The position numbers and the translations under genes were made by a program. Shown piece by piece: positions 29,394 through 39,776 of a DNA stretch of 64,000 bases. The number at the start of each line of letters is the position of its first letter. Position 1 is the first letter of the stretch. A model generated the notes under the pieces. It was not told where the DNA came from and searched no databases. It saw only the letters and a list, made by a program, of their open reading frames with translations. Source of the stretch: an uncultured Bacilli bacterium (lineage in GTDB: Bacteria > Bacillota_I > Bacilli_A > RF39 > UBA660); NCBI GenBank assembly GCA_947632735.1, contig CANRQG010000001.1, positions 3,903 to 67,902 on the forward strand, in the 5' to 3' direction.

Positions 29394-31208
29394 ATGTTAA
29401 GAATATTTAATTTTACTTTTTATAAAATTTTATTAAGTCTAACACTATTTATCATATCTTTCTTTTTACCTAGTTATCTAAAAATAATTAGTTTAGTTTT
29501 ATCATACATAATAATTAGTTATGAAATATATATAGAAGCTTATTCAAATTTAAAAAAGAAAGAATTATTTGATGAAAACTTTTTAATGATAATCGCAACG
29601 CTTGGAGCCTTTATAATAAAAAGCTATGAAGAAGCTGTTATGGTAATGTTTCTCTTCGAAGTAGGTGAGTACTTAGCTGATTTAGCAATTAGTAAGAGTA
29701 AAAAATCACTCCTTAATTTACTAAATTTAAAAAAAGATACAATTACTAGAATAAATAATGGTAAAGAAGAAGTAATTCCTTTAAAAGAAGCTCAGATAAA
29801 AGATATCTTTATCGTAAAACCCGGAGAAAGAATAGCTCTAGATGGCAAAGTAGTAGAAGGAAACAGCTTCATCGATACATCTAGCTTAACCGGAGAGACA
29901 ACCCCTAAAAGAGTTGCCGAAAATGACTTTGTCCTAAGTGGCTCTATCAATGAAACATCCCTTCTTAAAATAGAGGCAACCACCACCTCCCAAACCTCAA
30001 CCGCAGCTAGAATAATGAAACTATTAGAAGAAGTAGACGAAACCAAAAGTAAAACAGAAACATTGCTGACAAAGTTTTCTAAAATTTATACACCTGTAAT
30101 AGTTTCCTTAGCCTTAATAATTGGCCTTGTTTTCTCCGTTATAACTCACGACTATAATACTTGGATATATCGTGCCCTAGTCTTTTTAGTCACAGCTTGT
30201 CCATGTGCCTTAGTTATCTCAATACCATTAGCTTATTTTTGTGGTATCGGAACTGCTAGTAGGAAAGGCATTATCATTAAAGGTAGTAAAGAGCTCGATA
30301 ATTTGAATGCCATTTCTTATTTATTTCTTGATAAAACAGGTACCCTTACTAAAGGAAATTTTCAAGTAACCAAAGTAAAAACCAAAGACCTTTCCAAACA
30401 AGAACTATTAGAGTATGCTGCCTCAGCCGAAAAAAATTCTATCCACCCCATCGCGGTAGCCATAAAAAATTATAATAAAGAAAAAACCTTTTCCATAAAG
30501 AACTTTACAGAAATAAGCGGTGAAGGTATCTCTTGTACTATTAAAAATAAAAGTATTTTAGTAGGTAATAAAAAGCTAATGGAAAGTAGAAAAATAAAAG
30601 TAGAAGATATAAATGAAGTAGGAACCATTATCTATGTAGCTATTGATAATAAATATGAAGGCTATATCATTATCTCTGATGAAATAAAAAAATCAGCTTT
30701 ACATATTGCCGAATTAAAGAACTACTTTAAAGATATAATCATCTTATCTGGTGATAAAAAAGAGTCAGTTAAAAGTGTTGCTGAAAAACTCCAAATAACT
30801 ACTTACTATGGCGAATTACTTCCCGAAGATAAACTAAATTATCTTAAAAAATATCAGAAAAAAGCTCCCTGTATGTTTGTTGGTGACGGTATTAACGATG
30901 CTCTAGTTATGAAAGCAAGCACCGTCAGTGTCTCTATGGGGATTAAGGGAAGTGATGCTTCCATTGAAACAAGTGATATTGTCCTTATGAATGATGATTT
31001 AAGAACCCTACAAGTAGCGCTCAATATTGCTAAAAACACTAAGAAAAAAGTTATTCAAAATATCATTTTTTCTCTAAGTGTAAAATTCATTGTTCTATTA
31101 TTAGCCTTTTTAGGAATAAGCACAATTTGGATGGCTGTTTTTGCTGATGTCGGTGTAACATTCTTAGTTATAATTAATGTGCTATTTCTATTTATAAAGA
31201 ATTATTAA
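29394..31208 (+). CDS. Heavy-metal (Cd/Zn/Co-type) translocating P1B-type ATPase lacking an N-terminal metal-binding domain
   Basis: CPC motif (ACPCALV), DKTGTLT, GDGINDA. Confidence 0.8.
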   Translation: MLRIFNFTFYKILLSLTLFIISFFLPSYLKIISLVLSYIIISYEIYIEAYSNLKKKELFDENFLMIIATLGAFIIKSYEEAVMVMFLFEVGEYLADLAISKSKKSLLNLLNLKKDTITRINNGKEEVIPLKEAQIKDIFIVKPGERIALDGKVVEGNSFIDTSSLTGETTPKRVAENDFVLSGSINETSLLKIEATTTSQTSTAARIMKLLEEVDETKSKTETLLTKFSKIYTPVIVSLALIIGLVFSVITHDYNTWIYRALVFLVTACPCALVISIPLAYFCGIGTASRKGIIIKGSKELDNLNAISYLFLDKTGTLTKGNFQVTKVKTKDLSKQELLEYAASAEKNSIHPIAVAIKNYNKEKTFSIKNFTEISGEGISCTIKNKSILVGNKKLMESRKIKVEDINEVGTIIYVAIDNKYEGYIIISDEIKKSALHIAELKNYFKDIIILSGDKKESVKSVAEKLQITTYYGELLPEDKLNYLKKYQKKAPCMFVGDGINDALVMKASTVSVSMGIKGSDASIETSDIVLMNDDLRTLQVALNIAKNTKKKVIQNIIFSLSVKFIVLLLAFLGISTIWMAVFADVGVTFLVIINVLFLFIKNY

Positions 31209-31237
31209 TTGTTATATACTATAAATAGGAGGTATTT

Positions 31238-32443
31238 ATGAAGAAAAAGATTTTCCTTACTTTACTAATAATACTCATTATACTATTAGTTATTTTCACG
31301 GGCTTTAAACTTTTTAAAAATTGGCAAATAAAAAATGCCGTTATCAAAGTAGACCTCCAAGATAATCTAAATATTGAAGTTTATTCAAAAATAAAACTTT
31401 CAGACTTAATAAAAAATATCAATGGTAAACTAGAAAAAAATATTACTATTCCAACAACTAAACTAGGAGACCAAGAAATAACCTTTAATTATACCAATGA
31501 AGATAATATAAAAGTTCCTTACACTTTTAGTATCAAAGTAGTAGATACAACTAAACCAATTATTAGTATGCCAAGCTCTTTAACTTTAACAGTTGGGGAT
31601 GATACTGACTTAGCTAAAGAACTCTTTTGTGGTGATAACTACGATGATAATCCCAAGTGCACTATTGAAGGAGAATATAATACTGAAATTGCTGGAAGTT
31701 ATCCCGTTACCTTTAAAGCCGAAGATAGTAGCGCCAATATAACTTCTTACGACTTTACAGTATATGTAAAAGAAAAAGAACAAAACACCACTCCTAGTGA
31801 ACCACAAGAACCAGCGACAACTTCCTTTCAAGACATAATTAATGAATATAAAACTGCAAAAACAAAAATAGGTATCGACGTTTCTCATTGGCAGGGAGAT
31901 ATCGACTTTTCTGCCGTAAAAGAGGCCGGAGTAGAATTTGCCTTCATTCGCGTAGGAACAGCTAAAGGCATTAAAGGAAAATACTATCTAGATGACAAAT
32001 TTAAAAGAAATATCACAGGTTTTAATAAAGAAAAAATCCCTGTAGGTGTCTACTTTTATTCTTATGCTGACAGTAAAGAAGCCGCTATAAAAGAGGCTAA
32101 ATGGGTAATTAAACAAATAAAAAAATATGATATAGACCTTCCTGTAGTCTTTGATTGGGAAAACTGGAGCATCTACCAAGAATTTAATTTAAGCTTTTAT
32201 CATCTAACAGAAATGGCTAACGCCTTTATCAAAACAATTGAAGCATCTGGCTATAATGCCACCCTCTATAGCAGCAAAAACTATCTAGAAAACATTTGGT
32301 ATGATATAAATCATCCTGTGTGGTTGGCACATTACACCAAAGAAACTAATTATGCCGGTAGTTACAAGTATTGGCAAATGTGTAATAACGGAAAAGTCTC
32401 AGGAATTGCCGATAACTTAGTAGATATAGATATAATGTACTAA
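31238..32443 (+). CDS. GH25 muramidase (lysozyme) with N-terminal Ig-like domain(s)
   Basis: IGIDVSHWQGDIDFSAVKEAGVEFAFIRVG GH25 signature. N-terminal TM/signal. Confidence 0.7.
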   Translation: MKKKIFLTLLIILIILLVIFTGFKLFKNWQIKNAVIKVDLQDNLNIEVYSKIKLSDLIKNINGKLEKNITIPTTKLGDQEITFNYTNEDNIKVPYTFSIKVVDTTKPIISMPSSLTLTVGDDTDLAKELFCGDNYDDNPKCTIEGEYNTEIAGSYPVTFKAEDSSANITSYDFTVYVKEKEQNTTPSEPQEPATTSFQDIINEYKTAKTKIGIDVSHWQGDIDFSAVKEAGVEFAFIRVGTAKGIKGKYYLDDKFKRNITGFNKEKIPVGVYFYSYADSKEAAIKEAKWVIKQIKKYDIDLPVVFDWENWSIYQEFNLSFYHLTEMANAFIKTIEASGYNATLYSSKNYLENIWYDINHPVWLAHYTKETNYAGSYKYWQMCNNGKVSGIADNLVDIDIMY

Positions 32444-33117
32444 TACTTTAAAACCTTTACTACCAAATTCCCGCTCTTGGTCCTTTTCAAAATACCACTA
32501 TACTTAAATTTACCATATCCTTTTATACTGAAAACATCATTTTCCTTAAGCCTATATGCTGAAATTTTGCATAAATCATAATTTACAAGAACTTCCTTAT
32601 TCTTAAATAGTTTCTCAATTTGGCTACGACTAGTATGTATAATACTAGAAATTACCGTATCAATTCTTTCACTAGAGACAATAACTTCTAAAGGAATAAA
32701 ATCTCTCTCATAATCTTTTAATAAAGCTAAGTCTCTTTCAACTAGTTTGATAGATACATTGCCCACTCTTAAGAAATTACTCTCAAAATAATTTTGCATT
32801 AATTTTAACAAATACACATAATACTTATCATTTATAATTAAAATATCTCCAAACATCTCTTTAGAAATATTAAGCGCAAAAATACTTCCTAAAATTGCCT
32901 GATGCCTAAGAGGTGTTTTTGAAACTATCTCGTAGAGAACAACCTCTGGTTCCTTATCCACGTAAAAAATATTTTTTTCACTATCTTTATACGGATAATA
33001 GACTTTATAATTATCCTTTTTTAGCTTACCTCTTAAAATTCTTTGCTCCCTCTCATCAAGAAAATAAGTACTTAGGCCTCTTCTAAGTCTCTCGAGATAT
33101 TTTTCCATTACAAACAT
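32440..33117 (-). CDS. YlmH-like RNA-binding protein (S4-like domain; division/ribosome-associated)
   Basis: Length and C-terminal S4-like segment; weak similarity. Confidence 0.4.
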   Translation of the reverse strand: MFVMEKYLERLRRGLSTYFLDEREQRILRGKLKKDNYKVYYPYKDSEKNIFYVDKEPEVVLYEIVSKTPLRHQAILGSIFALNISKEMFGDILIINDKYYVYLLKLMQNYFESNFLRVGNVSIKLVERDLALLKDYERDFIPLEVIVSSERIDTVISSIIHTSRSQIEKLFKNKEVLVNYDLCKISAYRLKENDVFSIKGYGKFKYSGILKRTKSGNLVVKVLKY

Positions 33118-33179
33118 AACTATTCCTCTTTCACATAATAGTATAACTAAATTTAACCAAAAGAAAAAGACTAATGTCT

Positions 33180-33614
33180 CTATAAAAACTTTTTTAGTTT
33201 CTCAACAGCCTTCTCCTGCATTCCAATATATTCCTCTATTAAAGCAACAATTCTTTTATCAGCTTCCTTATTATTAAGAAGTTTTCTACCTTCAATTATG
33301 CCCATATTTGTTCCCTGTAATAATAATTCCGCTAACTTCGATGTTGAACTATCTGTAATCGTCTTCATTTGTACCGTATACCAGGTCATAACTTTATTAG
33401 CTTTTGAAGTCTCGTGCGGCTCCTTAGAACTATAATCAGGATAAATCTCCTCAATTTTCTCAGAAATTTTCCTATACTCATCATATTGCTTTTCCAAAAT
33501 ATCTCGAAATACCTTTTCATCAACCTTTTCAGTAACACATTTAATAGCGTCCATTCCCATAAAACAGCCCTTACTTAGTTCATCCAAGACATCAGCATTT
33601 TTTGTAATTTTCAT
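33180..33614 (-). CDS. Hypothetical protein (144 aa)
   Basis: ORF with coding-like composition, no recognised motif. Confidence 0.3.
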   Translation of the reverse strand: MKITKNADVLDELSKGCFMGMDAIKCVTEKVDEKVFRDILEKQYDEYRKISEKIEEIYPDYSSKEPHETSKANKVMTWYTVQMKTITDSSTSKLAELLLQGTNMGIIEGRKLLNNKEADKRIVALIEEYIGMQEKAVEKLKKFL

Positions 33615-33701
33615 AAAATTCCTCCCTTAATAGTCTTTGTCAAATAAAGAAAACTATACCAACTTTTTCAAATAAAAAACACTAACTAAATTAGTGCCAC
33701 T

Positions 33702-33992
33702 TTATAATTCTTTTCTAATAATATTCTCAATATTTAAAACTTCATTGTCTTTATTTACAAAGTTTATTTCAAAGCCACATTCTTTAGCGATATTAACTAA
33801 AGTCTTAAAATCAGGTTCTCTATATCCTGTCTCATAACCACTTATCGTTGTATTAGAAATATTACATCTCTTAGCTAATTCCAGTTGTGAAAGACCAGCC
33901 ATTTTTCTCATCGTTTTAATAAACTTACTTATCATATCATCACCTGAAAACATTTTCGCATAATGCGTAATATTTTTCTTGACTTTTCGCAA
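33702..33992 (-). CDS. XRE-family HTH transcriptional regulator
   Basis: LSQLELAKRCNISNTTISGYETG HTH. Confidence 0.6.
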   Translation of the reverse strand: MRKVKKNITHYAKMFSGDDMISKFIKTMRKMAGLSQLELAKRCNISNTTISGYETGYREPDFKTLVNIAKECGFEINFVNKDNEVLNIENIIRKEL

Positions 33993-34035
33993 ATCGCGTA
34001 TTAATATCTAATTAGGTATGCTAAACGCGTAATAG
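33950..34035. promoter_or_regulatory. Divergent promoter region with three (A/C)GCGTA(A/T)TA repeats overlapping a consensus promoter
   Basis: TTGACT at 33979-33984, 17-nt spacer, TAATAT at 34002-34007. gcgtaata at 33965-33972, cgcgtatta at 33995-34003, cgcgtaata at 34026-34034. CGCAT-a-ATGCG palindrome. Confidence 0.45.
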
Positions 34036-34053
34036 CAGTGATGGGGTGGTCTA

Positions 34054-34734
34054 ATGAAAAATAGTAAGATATATCTAATAATTTTTGTTAGTATGCTTTT
34101 GGGTATATTAATATCCATAAACTTTTCCTATGCTTTAGCTGAAAGTCTTATTGATAGTAAAAATGTTTATTATGAAGATAACTCTAGTTTAGGCTTTACC
34201 AATGTCCAAGATGCGATAGACGGTACTTGTCTAAAGTTTGACAATGCGCTTTCTAATTTAAAACAAGAACTAATAAACCAAACATATCCTATTGGAAGTA
34301 TTTATATCAGTACAACGCTTAAAACTATAGAAGAAGTGAACAGTAAAATAGGAGGCGAATGGGAGGTTTATGCCAAAGGACAAACTTTGGTTGGAATAGA
34401 TACAAATCAAAAGGAGTTTAATAGCGTTGAAAAAATAGGAGGAGAAAAGACTCATACCCTAACAATAGAAGAGATGCCAAGCCATACTCATATTCAAAAT
34501 GCTCATAGTCATATTGTTATGCAAGACTTAACAGGTGGAGCTGTAGGTTTATATCCTGGCAGTATGCAAGAAGATAGCTTGATTATTAAGCCTGAATCTT
34601 GGCAAATTGGTCTACGTTCTCAGACTCTAATCACAGGAAACACAACCGCCACCAACCAAACAACCGGTGGCAGTAAAGAACATAATAACCTTCAACCCTA
34701 CATTGTTGTTTATATGTATAAAAGAATAAAATAA
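34054..34734 (+). CDS. Phage tail-collar domain protein (MdpB / 'microcystin-dependent protein' family), signal-anchored
   Basis: GGEKTHTLTIEEMPSHTH plus NLQPYIVVYMYKRI are hallmark tail-collar motifs. Confidence 0.55.
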   Translation: MKNSKIYLIIFVSMLLGILISINFSYALAESLIDSKNVYYEDNSSLGFTNVQDAIDGTCLKFDNALSNLKQELINQTYPIGSIYISTTLKTIEEVNSKIGGEWEVYAKGQTLVGIDTNQKEFNSVEKIGGEKTHTLTIEEMPSHTHIQNAHSHIVMQDLTGGAVGLYPGSMQEDSLIIKPESWQIGLRSQTLITGNTTATNQTTGGSKEHNNLQPYIVVYMYKRIK

Positions 34735-34744
34735 CTAGAAAGTA

Positions 34745-34775
34745 GCTAACACTTTCTTTTTTTTTAAAATATGTT
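34745..34775 (+). terminator. Rho-independent terminator
   Basis: GAAAGT-agctaaca-CTTTC with a T9 run. Confidence 0.5.
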
Positions 34776-34808
34776 ATAATTTAATTGATAAAAGAGGGTG
34801 TTTAAAAA

Positions 34809-35987
34809 ATGCTAAAGTTTGATTTTTTCACTTATACCAAAAATTACATTACTAAGAATGATTTAGCTGACTTACTTGATAAAAAAACAGAGATTTTACA
34901 AAAGTTTAATACTAGTAATATGATAGGGTGGACTAAATATCCTAGTAATGAAACAATTGAAAAATTAATTGAAACTAGTAATAAAATAAAAGCTAGCTCC
35001 AATTGTCTAGTCGTACTAGGAATTGGCGGCTCCTTTCTAGGAAGTTATGCTTTTCATAATGCCTTTAAAAAATATTTTAATGACTCTAGTTTTGAAATAA
35101 TATATGCAGGGACTAATCTTTCAAGTAATTATTTAAATGATTTAATAGACTATATAAAAAATAAAGAAATTACTCTAAATGTCATTAGTAAAAGTGGTAC
35201 CACCTTAGAAGTGATGTTAGCGTATAAAGTCTTAAAAAATCTTTTAGAAGAAAAATATTCTAAAGAAGAAGCTCAAAAAAGAATTTTCATAACTACTAGT
35301 GAAGATAATGACTTATCTAAAGAAGTAGAAGAAGAAAATCTCTTTCTAATACCTGATGATATTGGAGGTCGTTATTCTTTTATAACTCCAGCTCATCTTT
35401 TACCATTATCTCTAAATTACGATATAAGAAACATCCTCGATGCTTACTTTGAAGGACTAACCTTAATTGATGAAGCTTATACTTATGCCTGCATTAGACA
35501 TCTTCTCTTTAAAAAAGGCTTTTATGTTGAAAATTTTTCAATTTATGAAGAAAGTCTTTCTGCTTTTACTGAATGGCTAAAACAATTATTTGCGGAAACT
35601 GAAGGTAAAAACTCTAAAGGCATTTTACCAATATCCACTATAAATACTAGAGATTTACATTCTCTAGGCCAATTCATTCAAGATGGAAATAAAATTCTCT
35701 TTGAAACCTTTATCAAAATAGCTAAATCTTCTTCCTTAACCATAAATAATAAAGAGTTACATATAATTAATAACATAGTAGAAGATTCTGTTATAAAAGC
35801 TCATAGTAAAGGTAATGTTGCCTGTAACATTATTGAATTAGATTACCTATCTCAAGAAAACATTGCTAAATTATTAGCTTTCTTTGAACTAAGCGCTGCC
35901 TATAGTGCTTACTTATTTGAAGTAGAGCCCTTTAATCAACCAGGTGTTGAAATCTATAAAAAAGAAGTTAAAGAAAATCTAAACTAA
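34809..35987 (+). CDS. pgi: Glucose-6-phosphate isomerase (short bacterial/archaeal-type)
   Basis: VVLGIGGSFLGS and DIGGRYSFITPAHLLP sugar-isomerase motifs. Confidence 0.55.
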   Translation: MLKFDFFTYTKNYITKNDLADLLDKKTEILQKFNTSNMIGWTKYPSNETIEKLIETSNKIKASSNCLVVLGIGGSFLGSYAFHNAFKKYFNDSSFEIIYAGTNLSSNYLNDLIDYIKNKEITLNVISKSGTTLEVMLAYKVLKNLLEEKYSKEEAQKRIFITTSEDNDLSKEVEEENLFLIPDDIGGRYSFITPAHLLPLSLNYDIRNILDAYFEGLTLIDEAYTYACIRHLLFKKGFYVENFSIYEESLSAFTEWLKQLFAETEGKNSKGILPISTINTRDLHSLGQFIQDGNKILFETFIKIAKSSSLTINNKELHIINNIVEDSVIKAHSKGNVACNIIELDYLSQENIAKLLAFFELSAAYSAYLFEVEPFNQPGVEIYKKEVKENLN

Positions 35988-36015
35988 TTACTTCTAAAAA
36001 TTATCTAAAAAGGAA

Positions 36016-36648
36016 ATGCTTATGAAAAAAAATCTTAAAATAACTATTAGTATCTTTATATTTTGCTTTATTTTAATCCTTATTTTTGTTATGTCTAATA
36101 AAAGTAAAAATTTTGATAATATGATTTATAACTTTATAATCTCTTTTCGTTCTCCTTTTTTAGATAACTACTTTAAATTTATTACTCGTTTTGGTAATAC
36201 CAATACCATAATAATTATCCTTCTTCTTTTTATCCTTCTTTTTAGAGATAAAAAAAGCTTTCTTTTAACTATAAGTACTACTTCTTGTGTAATAGTAAAC
36301 TCCCTAGTAAAACAGCTTATTAGAAGAAAGCGCCCTAATATTTTACGCTTAATAAAACAGGGTGGTTATTCCTTTCCAAGCGGTCACGCTATGATATCTA
36401 TTTGTCTGTATGGTTACTTACTATACTTAGTTAATAAAAATATTAAAAACAAAATAGTTCGTCTTCTTTCAAATATCTTCTTAATAATACTCATCTTTTC
36501 TTTAGGAATTAGTAGAATTTATGTCGGTGTCCATTTCGCGACCGATGTAATTGCCGGCTATTTACTAGGCCTAGTTATATTACTAGTAGTAATTAATTAT
36601 CCTAATAAATCTAAGGAGCTAAGATATGTTAAAAATAATAGTAACTAA
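36016..36648 (+). CDS. PAP2-family phosphatase (undecaprenyl-pyrophosphate / PgpB-like)
   Basis: KRPN...PSGHA...SRIYVGVHFATDV tripartite PAP2 motif. Confidence 0.7.
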   Translation: MLMKKNLKITISIFIFCFILILIFVMSNKSKNFDNMIYNFIISFRSPFLDNYFKFITRFGNTNTIIIILLLFILLFRDKKSFLLTISTTSCVIVNSLVKQLIRRKRPNILRLIKQGGYSFPSGHAMISICLYGYLLYLVNKNIKNKIVRLLSNIFLIILIFSLGISRIYVGVHFATDVIAGYLLGLVILLVVINYPNKSKELRYVKNNSN

Positions 36649-37264
36649 TTTTGAAAATCTAATTAATGAAGAAGAAGCTATTTCTACTAATACGATGCTT
36701 TTAATAGATAACTTAAGAAGAAAAAACTACCATCTTTTAGTCACAACCCATCGTGATTTTAGAGATGTCCTTTCCTATAATAAATCATATCCATTTATAG
36801 ATTATATTATTTCCTTATCAGGCTCCATTATTTTTGATGTCAATAAAAATAAAATTATTAGTAAGAAAAATATCTCTTCTAAAGAGCTAAAACAAATAGA
36901 AAAATTATTTCCTAAAAAAGACTTAGAACTATCTTCTTATGAAGACAAAATCTATCAAATAAAAATAAAAAACACTTCTCTTTTAGCTAATCTAGAAACT
37001 CTTACTGCCATCAATATTGATAGAGATTTATTTCTTACTTCTAATAAAATAAATATGAGGCAAGCTTTAGAAAAGATAATTCAAAATAAAAAATATTCTC
37101 TATCCGTAATTGCTTATGACATAGCTGACTATAGTTTATTTCCCCTTAGCTCTGAAAATTATATTTTAAAAAAAGCTGATAAAAATCTAAAAAAATTGCT
37201 AAAAAGAGAAAAAAATTATATTATAGAAGAAAATATTGAAGAAATTCTTTCTAAGTTTCTTTAA
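36626..37264 (+). CDS. Hypothetical protein, HAD/Cof-like topology but with a degenerate motif I
   Basis: Weak; VTNFENL appears in place of DxDGTL. Confidence 0.2.
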   Translation: MLKIIVTNFENLINEEEAISTNTMLLIDNLRRKNYHLLVTTHRDFRDVLSYNKSYPFIDYIISLSGSIIFDVNKNKIISKKNISSKELKQIEKLFPKKDLELSSYEDKIYQIKIKNTSLLANLETLTAINIDRDLFLTSNKINMRQALEKIIQNKKYSLSVIAYDIADYSLFPLSSENYILKKADKNLKKLLKREKNYIIEENIEEILSKFL

Positions 37265-37282
37265 TCAACTAGGAGGCCTTTT

Positions 37283-38905
37283 ATGGGTGATAAGAAAAAA
37301 ATATTCATAATCATAATCTCAATACTAATAATCATTCTAATTACTTATTTTAGTTACACAAATAAGAAAGAATTAGCTAAAGGTACTAAAGATATTGATT
37401 GGATAAGTGAAAACGTTGAATTAGTTAAAGATAAATCATTAGGAAAAAATATCTACAAAGTCTATAAAAATAGTGATATATCTATTTATAATTTAAAATA
37501 TCAAAAAGTTATTACTAAAAAAATTAAAGCTTTATTTCAAAATAGTAAAGATGAAATTTTAATTATTTATAACCCATATGGGACTAATTCCTTAAGTGTT
37601 AATGTCTTATTTAAAGATAACTCTTTTGAACAACTAAAGTATGAAATAACTTCTAAAAGTCAAACTTTTTCTAGAAAAATAACTTCTAAGAATAAAAATA
37701 ATATGTATGAGCTTATCGGTCTATATCCTGGCGAAAGTAATAAAATAAAATTAACTATTAAAGAAGATTCTAAAACCAAAGCATATGACTTTAAAATAGA
37801 TTTAGAAGATATTGAAATAAACGCAACTAAGAAATTACAAGTAGAAAATGGAAGTAGTACTACTAAACAAAATTCTGACTTTTTCATTATGCTAGGTAAT
37901 GAAACAGACTATCAAAATTACATAGCTTTATACGATAATAACGGTATTATTAGAAGTGAAATTCCTATCAAAGAAAAAACTGCTAAAGACTTAATAATAA
38001 AAGATAAATATATGTACTTTAATATATCTAAAACCGAAATAATCAAATTAAGTAATACGGGAGAAATAACTAATATCTATAAAACTTCTAAATATCGAAT
38101 AGAAAGTAATTATCAAATTTATAATGATGACTTATACTTTTTCGCAACAGATATAACTAAAAATACCGAGAAAAATATTTTATTAAAAATTAATACAAAT
38201 ACTAACGAAGTAACTGAAGTTTTATCCTTAGATAAAATCTTTGAAGAATACATTCCACTATGTGCTAAAGAAGAAAATAAACCCCTTGATTACTTAAATA
38301 TTAATTCCTTTACCATAATAGATAATAACCTTTTTATAAGTAGTAAAGAAACATCTTCAATTATAAAAATAAATAACATTTTTGAAGAACCACAAATAGA
38401 GTATATTATTAGTAATGACTTATTTTGGCAAGAAACACCTTTTAATAACTTAGTCTTAACGAAAAAAAATGACTTTAAAATTCACGTTGGTCAAAATAGT
38501 TTTCAAATTCTAAAAAGTGATGAGAAAAGTATTTATTACGTAGTCCTTTTAGATAGTAATTATGGTAATTCACCTACTAGAAAAGACTTTGATTATAGTA
38601 CTATTGATATTAAAAATACTAATTCTTATCAAGGTGATAATTCTTACTACTATGTTTATAAAGTTGATGAAACAAATAAAGACTTTGAACTAATTGATAG
38701 TATGCCTTTAGAATATTCTCCACTTTATGGTAATTGTCAAAAACTATCAAACTATAATATCTTAGTAAATAATGCCTCTAAAGGAATATTCTCAGAATAC
38801 GATAAAGACCATAACTTAATTAGAAAATATACTGCTAAAGTAAATAAAAACTATATTGAAAAAATAATCAAACTATCTTTTGAAAACTATTGGTTTTCTT
38901 CTTAA
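37283..38905 (+). CDS. Membrane-anchored extracellular hypothetical protein (540 aa)
   Basis: N-terminal TM, then a beta-rich Asn/Tyr-rich domain. No motif recognised. Confidence 0.3.
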   Translation: MGDKKKIFIIIISILIIILITYFSYTNKKELAKGTKDIDWISENVELVKDKSLGKNIYKVYKNSDISIYNLKYQKVITKKIKALFQNSKDEILIIYNPYGTNSLSVNVLFKDNSFEQLKYEITSKSQTFSRKITSKNKNNMYELIGLYPGESNKIKLTIKEDSKTKAYDFKIDLEDIEINATKKLQVENGSSTTKQNSDFFIMLGNETDYQNYIALYDNNGIIRSEIPIKEKTAKDLIIKDKYMYFNISKTEIIKLSNTGEITNIYKTSKYRIESNYQIYNDDLYFFATDITKNTEKNILLKINTNTNEVTEVLSLDKIFEEYIPLCAKEENKPLDYLNINSFTIIDNNLFISSKETSSIIKINNIFEEPQIEYIISNDLFWQETPFNNLVLTKKNDFKIHVGQNSFQILKSDEKSIYYVVLLDSNYGNSPTRKDFDYSTIDIKNTNSYQGDNSYYYVYKVDETNKDFELIDSMPLEYSPLYGNCQKLSNYNILVNNASKGIFSEYDKDHNLIRKYTAKVNKNYIEKIIKLSFENYWFSS

Positions 38906-38916
38906 ATGGTGATTTT

Positions 38917-39765
38917 ATGAAATTAATTGTAAAAAATGAAGCAACTCTCTTAGCCTATCTATATGAAAATCTCCCTATGTCAAAGAAAAAAATAAAAAAG
39001 TATTTAACTCTAGGCTCTATTTTCATTAATAATACTAAAGTCCAAAAATATGATTATAAGCTATATCCTGGTATGACTATTTTTATAGATACCAAAGCTA
39101 AAAAGAAACATACTCTTCCTTTTGATATTATCTATGAAGATAATCATATTATAGTTATTAATAAACCTAGTGGTCTTTTAACTATCGCAACAGCTAAAGA
39201 AAAAGAAAAAACACTTTATCATATTCTAAGAGAATACCTAATTCAAAATAAAATATCTAAAAATCTTTTTATTGTCCATCGTCTTGATAAAGATACAAGT
39301 GGCCTAGTAATTTTTGCGAAAGATGAAAAAACTAAAAATCTGCTTCAAGATAACTGGAATGAATTAGTCCTGCTCCGGGAATATTGTGCGGTGATTTATG
39401 GCAACCTCCAAGAGAAAAAAGGCCGTATAGAACAAAATTTACTAGAAACAAAAACAAATCTTGTTTACATTTCTAAAAATAAAGATGGAAAAAAAGCTAT
39501 TACTGACTATGAAGTTCTAAAAGAAAATGCTAATTACACACTTTTAGATATAAAAATTCATACCGGTCGAAAAAATCAAATCCGTGTAGCTTTCAGTAGC
39601 TTAAATCATCCTATTGTTGGAGATAAAAAATATGGTCTAAAAGAAAAAAATATTCCTAGACTCTATCTTCACGCTAATAGATTAAAACTATATTACCCTT
39701 ATCTAAAAAAAGAACTTCTTTTTGAAATACCTATTCCTAAAGAATTTAAAAATCTAGTTAAATAA
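38917..39765 (+). CDS. RluA-family pseudouridine synthase
   Basis: HRLDKDTSGLVIFAKD catalytic-Asp motif; N-terminal S4-like region. Confidence 0.75.
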   Translation: MKLIVKNEATLLAYLYENLPMSKKKIKKYLTLGSIFINNTKVQKYDYKLYPGMTIFIDTKAKKKHTLPFDIIYEDNHIIVINKPSGLLTIATAKEKEKTLYHILREYLIQNKISKNLFIVHRLDKDTSGLVIFAKDEKTKNLLQDNWNELVLLREYCAVIYGNLQEKKGRIEQNLLETKTNLVYISKNKDGKKAITDYEVLKENANYTLLDIKIHTGRKNQIRVAFSSLNHPIVGDKKYGLKEKNIPRLYLHANRLKLYYPYLKKELLFEIPIPKEFKNLVK

Positions 39766-39776
39766 AGGAGAAATAA

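Noticed and set aside
37283-38905. Arylsulfotransferase (ASST) beta-propeller assignment for the 540-aa extracellular protein
   Set aside because: Size and composition are compatible, but I could not identify the conserved catalytic His residues or motifs. Left as hypothetical.
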